Positions 1 through 15,832 of a stretch of DNA of 64,000 nt are shown here, piece after piece. The notes beneath the pieces are model-generated. The model was not told the origin of the DNA, ran no database searches, and was given only the letters and a program-made list of their open reading frames with translations. The stretch spans positions 1 to 64,000 of the forward strand of contig CAXHJY010001412.1 in NCBI GenBank assembly GCA_964016885.1, given 5' to 3'. How positions within the stretch are numbered: position 1 is the first letter of the stretch; each line of letters opens with the position of its first letter. Source of the stretch: Eledone cirrhosa (lineage: Eukaryota). Position numbers and translations under genes: made by a program.

Positions 1-4086
<4,086 letters not shown>

Positions 4087-4124
4087 ATAATATAAGATCA
4101 AAAGATGGTTAAAGGAGTTCCATA

Positions 4125-4195
4125 TATTTTATTATGCGCATTTCAAAAACAAACACCATCAAGCAATAATATTTGTGTTTTCATCAGATAAAACA
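4125..4195 (-). ncRNA. Type I hammerhead ribozyme motif, family A
   Basis: Minus strand reads UGUUUUAU-CUGAUGA-long stem II-GAAA-UGCGCA-UA-AUAAAAUA, with an 8-bp stem I and a palindromic mini stem III. Confidence 0.85.
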
Positions 4196-4293
4196 GGAGA
4201 ACATGATATGAAGGCTAAAAAAAACACTTGTTGATAGTGCAGTTTTTAATCAACATATGAAAAGTGGTTTTAGATTGATGTGTGATATTGGGA

Positions 4294-4705
4294 AAAATAT
4301 TTTATTTAGAGAGGGGGGGGGGGATGAAAAGGGAAGGAGATGAGAGGGAGAGATGGGTGATAGAGAGAAAGAGATAGTTTTTATAACTGAGAGGAGATAT
4401 ATTTTTTACATAGAGGGGTTGAAAACCGTTGGAAGATACTGTATAAATTAAAAATTTTGAAAATTAACGAAGGGAGGATATGTGCGAGGAAAAAATATTT
4501 TATTTAGGGAGGGGGGTGGGGTGGAAAGGATGAAAAAAAGGGGGAGGAGATGAGAGTGAAGGTGGAGAGGGAGAGATGGGTGATAGAGAGAAAGAGATAG
4601 TTTTTATAACTGAGAAAAAGATATATTGTTTTAATATAGAGAGGTTGGGAACCGTTGGAAGATAATGTATAAATTAAAGGAATTTGAAAATTAACGAAGG
4701 GAAAT
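4294..4705. repeat. Imperfect ~200-bp tandem duplication in the PLE 3' UTR
   Basis: The block aaaatattttatttag...gagatgggtgatagagagaaagagatagtttttataactgaga...ttgaaaattaacgaaggga occurs twice; the copy at 14.4-14.7 kb has it once. Confidence 0.8.
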
Positions 4706-5175
4706 TATGTATGAAGATAGAGAGAAAAAAATAATAATTGTGGGTGAATATTCTAACGTCAAAAGAAGAAATGTATGTATTGTGGCAATTTCAAAATTAG
4801 CGAAGAGAAAAAATGTTAAGGTTTGTGTGTAGAAGGATTTGAGAAAAATAATGTGAAGTTAAAGTTTGTATATTGAATTGATATGTATTAATAATGAGTT
4901 CGTTGATGGGGAGAAAAAAAAATAATAATAAATTAAGGATGAAATTGAGATTAAAAAGATTTATGATAGAGAGAAAAAATAATAATGATTGCGGATGAAT
5001 ATTCAAAATGTCAAAAACAAATATTATTTTACGAGAAGATAGAATGAGGGTAATGAGTAAACGAGTATTATAGAGTGTATAATGCCCTTTAAAGTAAGGT
5101 AGATGGGTATATTTTAAAGAGGTGTATGTATATGTGCCTTTGAGAAAAGATTCTAAATTGATAAAGAATTGACTA

Positions 5176-5769
5176 TTAACTGTATACTTTGTGAAAAGTT
5201 CTATGGAATTTATGCAGGCAGATAGAAAACAAATCTGAGCGTCTATTTATTATAGATTCTAGGTTAGAGATAATGGTAAATTTTTCATTTAGGCAAAGAT
5301 TACAGATTTTAGATAGAGAGCTGTTCAAGTATGAGGATGCAGAAGAAATCTTTTTCCAAAAGATGTTATATTTAATGTTTTTGTCTTTTAAGGACCATAT
5401 GAGTTCTGAGAGAGCAGTGTTAGTTCTTTTAAGTTTGTATTTGAAAGATGAATGATGATTATAGAGACGAGCTTTAAAAGAGGTGGAAGTGGAGCCAAAA
5501 TAGGTGAAGGAATTGGTGCTAGTTATAATTTTACATTCATAAATTAAGTTTTTATCGAGGCAATGGTTGTTGAGAGGACATTTATTTTTAATGCGGCAGT
5601 TGCAATTAGAGAGATTATTAATGAGTGATCTAGTGTTATCTATAGAAGGAATTGGATTGGAGAAGTTGTTTGCGATAGGAATAATAGGAATAATAGTTTC
5701 TTGATTTAGAGTTGGATTATGAACATTTAGCGAAGTTGTGTTTGACGTTGTATTTGGGTTTACAGAAGT
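5176..5769 (-). pseudogene. C-terminal linker plus GIY-YIG endonuclease of a Penelope-like element (5'-truncated, reading frame uninterrupted)
   Basis: Manual translation gives ...CNCRIKNKCPLNNHCLDKNLIYECKI...TYFGSTSTSFKARLYNHHSSF...TALSELIWSLKD...KICNLCLNEKFTI...INRRSDLFSICLHKF...*. It is absent from the ORF track because there is no upstream start codon. Confidence 0.92.
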
Positions 5770-5882
5770 TTAAATAAAATATTTTTCCCAATATCACACA
5801 TCAATCTAAAACCACTTTTCATATGTTGATTAAAAACTGCACTATCAACAAGTGTTTTTTTAGCCTTCATATCATGTTCTCC

Positions 5883-5953
5883 TGTTTTATCTGATGAAAA
5901 CACAAATATTATTGCTTGATGATGTTTGTTTTTGAAATGCGCATAATAAAATA
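5883..5953 (+). ncRNA. Type I hammerhead ribozyme motif, family A
   Basis: Stem I 5883-5890/5946-5953; CTGATGA 5891-5897; long stem II; GAAA 5934-5937; stem III with GCGC loop; predicted cleavage after AUA (5945). Confidence 0.85.
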
Positions 5954-6078
5954 TATGGAACTCCTTTAACCATCTTTTGATCTTATATTATGCATACTCC
6001 AGTCCCACAAACTGTAGAGTGCTTCTTATCCGATATCTGCATTGCTTTATTGTACTACAATAAAACTCACCTCCTACA

Positions 6079-7965
<1,887 letters not shown>

Positions 7966-8286
7966 GGTGGCTGCCAACTCGTTTTCGAGTACGGCCACTA
8001 CTTTATATCCATGTAGGAGAACCCCTGCTGATGCGCTGAACGAGTGTGACTTTTTAGTCCAGCCAGCGACTTGAAAGCTCTGGTACAAACACTACACTTG
8101 TGACAATTATTGACACATAGTGCTGGGCCCATGGTACCATGTGACGACAAATGCAGAGAGATCTCCAGATATAAAGCAATGCCTGTGCCGTGAAGCTTTT
8201 ATAGTGAGCAAAGGCACTGCACAAAGCCAGTCCCACTCTCTTAACCAAGATGATATTTACCAAAAAGAAGAACAAGTCAACATCAT
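7966..8286 (-). mobile_element. Bipartite non-autonomous RTE-derived retroelement, copy 1 (5'-truncated)
   Basis: Near-identical to the left part of 11967-12574, with the same 3' terminus GTGGCCGTACTCGAAAACGAGTTGGCAGCCACC on the minus strand. Confidence 0.88.
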
Positions 8287-8318
8287 ATATATATATATAT
8301 ATACATATATATATACAT

Positions 8319-8504
8319 ACCTCCCAGACCCACACTGTAAATGTGGTTGGTGTTAGGAAGGGCATCCAACTGTAGAAAACCTGCCAGACAGTCCTATGCG
8401 AGCAAGACAATCACTCTTGCCTCAAGTGGGACTACCCCCGTCCAAACCCATGCAAGCGTGGAACACGGACGTTAAACGTTGATGATGATGATGATGATGA
8501 TGAT
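8319..8504 (+). mobile_element. 3' tail fragment of an RTE LINE with (GAT)n tail
   Basis: Contains GGTGTTAGGAAGGGCATCC...GGACGTTAAACGTT(GAT)n; essentially the reverse complement of ~56920-57100. Confidence 0.9.
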
Positions 8505-8516
8505 ATATATATACAT

Positions 8517-8571
<55 letters not shown>

Positions 8572-8574
8572 CAT

Positions 8575-8605
<31 letters not shown>

Positions 8606-8650
8606 CATATATATATACATATACATACATATATATATATATATATATAC

Positions 8651-8733
<83 letters not shown>

Positions 8734-8802
8734 CATATATATATATATACATATATATATACATATATATATATACATATATATACATATATATATACAT
8801 AC

Positions 8803-8849
<47 letters not shown>

Positions 8850-8998
8850 CATATAGATATATATACATATATATATATACATATATATATATACATATAT
8901 ATATATACATATATATATACATATATATATATACATATATATACATATACATATACATATACATATATATATACATATATATATACATATATATATAC

Positions 8999-9047
<49 letters not shown>

Positions 9048-9124
9048 TATATACATATATATATACATATATATATACATATATATATATACATATATAT
9101 ATATATACACATATATATATACAC

Positions 9125-9155
<31 letters not shown>

Positions 9156-9202
9156 CATATATATATACACATATATATATACATATATATATATATATAC
9201 AC

Positions 9203-9235
<33 letters not shown>

Positions 9236-9312
9236 CATATATACATATATATATACACATATATATATACATATATATATATACATATATATATACACAT
9301 ATATATATACAC

Positions 9313-9345
<33 letters not shown>

Positions 9346-9374
9346 CATATATATATACACATATATATATACAC

Positions 9375-9407
<33 letters not shown>

Positions 9408-9912
9408 CATATATATATACATATATATATACATATATATATATACATATATACATATATATATACATATATATATATACATATATACATATATATATAC
9501 ATATATACATATATACATATACATATATACATATATATATATACATATATATATATATACATATATATATATACATACATATATATATATACATATATAT
9601 ATATACATATATATATATACATATATATATATACATATATATATATACATATATATATATACATATATATATATACATATATATATATACATATATATAT
9701 ATACATATATATATATACATATATATATATACATATATATATACATATATATATACATATATATATATACATATATATATATACATATATATATATACAT
9801 ATATATATACATATATATATACATATATATATATACATATATATATATACATATATATATATACATATATATATACATATATATATATACATATATATAT
9901 ACATATATATAT

Positions 9913-10005
<93 letters not shown>

Positions 10006-10046
10006 CATATATATATACATATATATATATATACATATATATATAC

Positions 10047-10077
<31 letters not shown>

Positions 10078-10110
10078 CATATACATATATATATACATAT
10101 ATATATATAC

Positions 10111-10157
<47 letters not shown>

Positions 10158-10564
10158 CATATACATATATATATACATATACATATACATACATATACAT
10201 ATACATATATATATATATACATATACATATATATATACATATACATATATATACATATACATATACATATATATATATATACATATACATATATATATAT
10301 ATACACATATATATATATACATATACATATACATATATATATATATATACACATATATATATATACACATATATATATATACATATATATATATACACAT
10401 ATATATATATACACATATATATATATACACATATATATATGTATACATATATATATACACATATATATATATATACACATATATATATGTATACATATAT
10501 ATATATACATATATATATACATATATATATATGTACACATATATATATATACATATATATATAC

Positions 10565-10595
<31 letters not shown>

Positions 10596-10634
10596 CATAT
10601 ATATATACATATATATATATACATATATATATAC

Positions 10635-10665
<31 letters not shown>

Positions 10666-10688
10666 CATATATATATACATATATATAC

Positions 10689-10719
<31 letters not shown>

Positions 10720-11100
10720 CATATATATATATACATATATATATACACATATATATATACATATATATACATATATATACATATATATATACATATATAT
10801 ATATACATATATATATACATATATATATACATATATATATATACATATACATATATACATATATACATATACATATATACATATATACATATATATATAT
10901 ACATATATATATATACATATATATATACATATATATATATACATATATATATATACATATATACATATACATATATACATATACATATATACATATACAT
11001 ATATACATATACATATATATATATACATATATATATATACATATATATATATACATATATATATATACATACATATATATATATACATATATATATATAC

Positions 11101-11151
<51 letters not shown>

Positions 11152-11312
11152 CATATATATATACATATACATATATATATATATACATATATATATACAT
11201 ATACATATATATACATATATATATATATACATATATATACATATATATATATATACATATATATATACATATATATATATATATACATATATATATACAT
11301 ACATATATATAT
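8505..11312. repeat. (TA)n/(TACA) compound microsatellite
   Basis: Directly visible. Confidence 0.99.
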
Positions 11313-11892
11313 GGTGGCTGCCAACTCGTTTTCGAGTACGGCCACTACTTTATATCCATGTAGGAGAACCCCTACCGATGCGCTGAACGAGTGTGACTTT
11401 TTAGTCCAACCAGCGACTTGAAAACTCTGGTACAAACACTACACTTGTGACAATTATCGACACATAGTGCTTTGCCTTTGGTACTATGTGACGACAAGTG
11501 CAGAGAGATCTCCAGATACAAAACAATGCCTGTGCCATGAAGCTTTTATAGTGAGCAAAAGCACTGCACAAAGCCAGTCCCACTCTCTTAACCAAGATGA
11601 TATTTACCAAAAAGAAGAACAAGTCAACATCATTGGATACCATCAGGGTTGCAGGTGTTATATCAGAGTTTTCCTTCTCCTAGAATTCTGCCTTGACAAA
11701 GGCTAAGGGGTCATCTCTCCCAGTGATTTTGGATGGCCATTGACTCTTAAGAGCTCCTTTGCCCTTTGACAGGTTTTGTTTTTAGTCCTGCAGGATGTCC
11801 AAAGCCACCCTCCTCACCAAGAAACCTTGGTGGGGTTGCCAGTTTAGTCGCCAACGACGCGACCATGAGACAGGTATTACTGGGATACATGT
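11313..11892 (-). mobile_element. Bipartite non-autonomous RTE-derived retroelement, copy 2
   Basis: Same sequence family as copy 3, lacks about 30 nt at the 5' end, and is head-to-tail with copy 3 across a short TA tract. Confidence 0.88.
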
Positions 11893-11966
11893 ATATATAC
11901 ATATATATATACATACATATATATATACATATATATATACATACATATATATATACATATATATAT

Positions 11967-12574
11967 GGTGGCTGCCAACTCGTTTTCGAGTACGGCTACT
12001 ACTTTATATCCATGTAGGAGAACCCCTACCGATGCGCTGAACGAGTGTGACTTTTTAGTCCAGCCAGCGACTTGAAAACTCTGGTACAAACACTACACTT
12101 GTGACAATTACTGACACATAGTGCTGGGCCCATGGTACCATGTGACGACAAGTGCAGAGAGATCTCCAGATATAAAGCAATGCCTGTGCCGTGAAGCTTT
12201 TATAGTGAGCAAAGGCACTGCACAAAGCCAGTCCCACTCTCTTAACCAAGATGATATTTACCAAAAAGAAGAACAAGTCAACATCATTGGATACCATCAG
12301 GGTTGCAGGTGTTATATCAGAGTTTTCCTTCTCCTAGAATTCTGCCTTGACAAAGGCTAAGGGGTCATCTCTCCCGGTGATTTTGGATGGCCATTGACTC
12401 TTAAGAGCTCCTTTGCCCTTTGACAGGTTTTGTTTTTAGTCCTGCAGGATGTCCAAAGTCACCCTCCTCACCAAGAAACCTTGGTGGGGTTGCCAGTTTA
12501 GTCGCCAACGACCCGACCATGGGACAGGTTGTACTGGGATACATGTTACCAGTAGCACCAACTGGTGACCTGAC
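11967..12574 (-). mobile_element. Bipartite non-autonomous RTE-derived retroelement, copy 3 (longest, ~610 bp)
   Basis: Minus strand: structured 5' region, RTE-type 5' UTR motif AGCCTTTGTCAAGGCAGAATTCTAGGAGAAGGAAAACTCTG, then [25 protein letters not shown] (12103-12026) and a 3' stem-loop. Confidence 0.88.
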
Positions 12575-12670
12575 ATATATATATACATACATATATACAT
12601 ATATATATACATATATATATACATATATATATACATATATATATACATATATATATACATATATATATAC

Positions 12671-12721
<51 letters not shown>

Positions 12722-12739
12722 AATATATATATACACATA

Positions 12740-12771
<32 letters not shown>

Positions 12772-13154
12772 AATATATATATACACATATATATATACAC
12801 ATATATATATACACATATATATATACACATATATATATACACATATATATATACACATATATATATACACATATATATATACACATATATATATACATAT
12901 ATATATATACATATATACATACATATATATATACACATATATATACACATATATATACACATATATATACACATATATATATACATATATATATACATAT
13001 ATATATACACATATATATACACATATATATATACATATATATATACATATATACACATATATATATACATATACATATATATATATACACATATATATAT
13101 ATATATATGCATATATATATATATATATACATATATATATGCATATATATATAT
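12575..13154. repeat. (TA)n/(TACA)/(TACACA) microsatellite
   Basis: Directly visible. Confidence 0.98.
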
Positions 13155-13367
13155 TTCGTTTCTGAATTTGTTTAGCAAGATTCTTTATCTGAAATCGTGT
13201 GTTGAAACCGATATTGTTATACTTTGGGAGGGTCATGTTGCCAATAAGAAACACACGCACCAGTTGCTTTCACTTCAATTTATTATAATAAATTTATAAT
13301 AAATTTATAAATTTATAAATTTCTGGTTGGTTGGTTGGTTCCACAACCAGATAGTTGTTTATACATT

Positions 13368-13410
13368 GTCATAGTTCTTTCGTCACACACTCTGTGACCT
13401 CTTCAGTGAC
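13368..13410 (-). ncRNA. Minimal type I hammerhead ribozyme motif, family B
   Basis: Minus strand GUCA-CUGAAGA-G-GUCACA-gagug-UGUGAC-GAAA-GAAC-UA-UGAC. Confidence 0.85.
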
Positions 13411-13791
13411 TGGGGATTCCTTTCTTTGTTTCTGTGCCTCTCCTTTGTTCTGTCCTACGCCATTTTGTTTCTGTGTGTGTGTTGTGTGCTCAGTCTGCGC
13501 ATGCGCCACATCCAGGGTGTCTGTGTGTGTTTATGTTCATTTATTTATTTGTTTATTTACATGTTACTGGTTGGTTGTTTGTTCTGTGTGTGTGTGCGTT
13601 TTCATTTTGTCCTTAATTGTAAGTTGTGATGTTGCTGTTCCACTCATATTTTCTATTTAATTTTGAACATAAACACACACAGACACCCGGATGTGGCCCA
13701 TGTGCAGACTGAGCACACAACACACACACAGAAACAAAATTGCGTAGGACAGAACAAAGGAGAGGCACAGAAACAAAGAAAGGAATCCCCA

Positions 13792-13832
13792 GTCACTGAA
13801 GAGGTCACAGTGTGTGACGAAAGAACTATGAC
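13792..13832 (+). ncRNA. Minimal type I hammerhead ribozyme motif, family B
   Basis: GTCA-CTGAAGA-G-GTCACA-gtg-TGTGAC-GAAA-GAAC-TA-TGAC; predicted cleavage after CUA (13828). Confidence 0.85.
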
Positions 13833-14272
13833 AATATATAAACAACTATCTGGTTGTGGAACCAACCAACCAACCAGAAATTTATAAATTTATTATAATA
13901 AATTGAAGTGAAAGCAACTGGTGCGTGTGTTTCTTATTGGCAACATGACTCTCCCAAAGTATAACAATATATATATATATACATATATATATATACATAT
14001 ATATATGCATATATACATATATATAAATACATATATATATACATATATATAAATACATATATATATACATATATATAAATACATATACATATACATATAT
14101 ATAAATACATATACATATACATATATATATACATATATATAAATATGTAGGAGGTGAGTTTTATTGTAGTACAATAAAGCAATGCAGATATCGGATAAGA
14201 AGCACTCTACAGTTTGTAGGACTGGAGTATACATAATATATAAGAACAAAAGCTGGTTAAAAGAGTTCCATG

Positions 14273-14343
14273 TATTTTATTATGCGCATTTCAAAAACAA
14301 ATATCATCATGCAATAATATTTGTGTTTTCATCAGATAAAACA
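14273..14343 (-). ncRNA. Type I hammerhead ribozyme motif, family A (third copy)
   Basis: Same core as the other two copies; its stem II differences keep pairing or fall in the loop. Confidence 0.85.
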
Positions 14344-14700
14344 GGAAGACATGATATGAAGGTTAAAAAACACATGTGGATAGTGCAGTTTTAAATCAAC
14401 ATATGAAAAGTAGTTTTAGATTGATGTGTGATACTGGGAAAGATATTTTATTTTGAGGGGGGGGGGGGGGATGAAAAAGAGCAGGAGATGAGAGTAAAAA
14501 GTGGAGAGGGGGGAGTATAATGAGGAAGGATGAGATAGGAGGAGAGATGGGTGATAGAGAGAGAGAGAGAGAGATAGCTTTTATAACTGAGAAAGATATA
14601 TTGTTTACATAGAGAGGTTGAAAACCGTTGGAAGATAATGTATAAATTAAAAGAATTTGAAAATTAACGAAGAGAAAAATAATGTAAAGTTAAGGTTTGT

Positions 14701-14952
14701 ATATTGAAGGGTTTAATAATATGTGCGATGAAAAGAAAATGTTAATATGTATTAAGAATAATATTTAAGGGTTTAATAATATGTGCGATGAAAAGAAAAT
14801 GTTAATATGTATTAAGAATAATATTTAAGGGTTTAATAATATGTGCGATGAAAAGAAAAAGTTAATATGTATTAAGAATAATGTTTAAGGGTTTAATAAT
14901 GTTTAGGGGTTTAATAATATGTGCGATGGAAAGAAAATGTTGATATGTATTA
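14701..14952. repeat. 60-bp tandem repeat (3 copies plus a variant fourth) inside the PLE 3' UTR
   Basis: Lines starting 14701, 14761 and 14821 are near-identical. Confidence 0.95.
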
Positions 14953-15243
14953 TTAAAAAGAACAACAGGTAATTTAAGTAAGGATATATTGTGAGATGAG
15001 CCTGAATAAGTTAGATGAAAGGGAGAAAAGAATAATGAATTGAGGATGAATAATCTAACATCAAAAAACTGTTTATGTTTACGAAGGATTTTTACAAGGT
15101 GATATAGAGTAAAAATGTATTGTATTATGTAATAATTGATTCTATGTTAGGCAACAGTGAGAAAAGGTACAGATTAGGGGTTAGACATTAAAAGAAAAAG
15201 AAGAAAGGGAAGTGATAAATAGGAGCGATATAGAATGAGTAAC

Positions 15244-15489
15244 AAGGCCAGAATCACAAGTGCCTTTAGGGGTCTAAGTCGGGGGACAATGACAAAGGCT
15301 TGTAGCCGGTTCTGAAGCCGCCTTGAGGCCGTTATCAAAGCCAATGGCGGGTTTATTGAGTGAGATCGAAAGAAAAAGTTATGAAGACAAACTGACCCAA
15401 GTTTGATAAATAAATCTTAAAAAATAAAACTACTGTGTTATTTTTTCCTAGACAGTAATCTTGCGAACAAATATCGTTCGCACCCTGTA
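15244..15489 (+). mobile_element. Tc1/mariner-superfamily DNA transposon 3' end (maT/DD37D-like C-terminus)
   Basis: Translates KARITSAFRGLSRGTMTKACSRF*SRLEAVIKANGGFIE* (15244-15363) and ends in the TIR-like terminus CACCCTG|TA. Confidence 0.8.
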
Positions 15490-15832
15490 TATTGATGACA
15501 TCTGAAATTCTGTTATTTTAAATAAAGAAGAACAATTCTAATTGACACACTAGGAAATAGGATGTTAACAACAAAAATAAAACAATAACAAACATTCTAG
15601 AAGTTTCAAAGTACAAACTGTGGTATGCGAAAGGCATTAATAGAAACTTATCAAGCTATGTGATTATTGAGAGTTAGATTAAATGGGAGAAGAGAAATAG
15701 AAAATCTCTGCCATATACATATAATTAATTGTGGTTAGAGAGTAAAGACAGAAGAAGGACAATGTCCTCAAACAAGAGTGAAAATTGAAGAGTAGTTCCC
15801 TTTAGTTCCAATGTAAAACAAAATTTTGGCTA

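Larger units (their letters stand above)
4087..6078 (-). mobile_element. 5'-truncated Penelope-like element (Hydra-clade-like, family A) with an inverted pseudo-LTR at its 5' side
   Basis: GIY-YIG coding fragment at 5176-5769 (-). 4087-4308 is the reverse complement of 5771-5991, each arm carries a hammerhead motif, and both flanks are (TA)n. Confidence 0.9.
13155..13970 (-). mobile_element. Severely 5'-truncated Penelope-like element (family B) with inverted pseudo-LTR
   Basis: Inverted arms 13211-13539 and 13664-13970 each contain a hammerhead motif. 13663-13613 (-) reads KLNRKYEWNSNITTYN*, resembling a GIY-YIG C-terminus. Flanks are (TA)n. Confidence 0.8.
14145..15240 (-). mobile_element. 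3' UTR/pseudo-LTR fragment of PLE family A
   Basis: Homologous to 4087-5050 and to the reverse complement of 5771-6078; right boundary approximate. Confidence 0.85.

Noticed and set aside
12055-12360. Recurrent ~80-aa ORFs (MVSNDVDLFFF..., MLGPWYHV...) in several places
   Set aside because: They recur only because the bipartite element is multicopy; the only recognisable peptide is the zinc-finger remnant in another frame.
12318-12370. Plus-strand HDV-like ribozyme suggested by GCCTT-GACA-AAGGC-TAA-GGGGTC
   Set aside because: No P1/P2/P3 pseudoknot could be built upstream, and the element's sense strand is minus.
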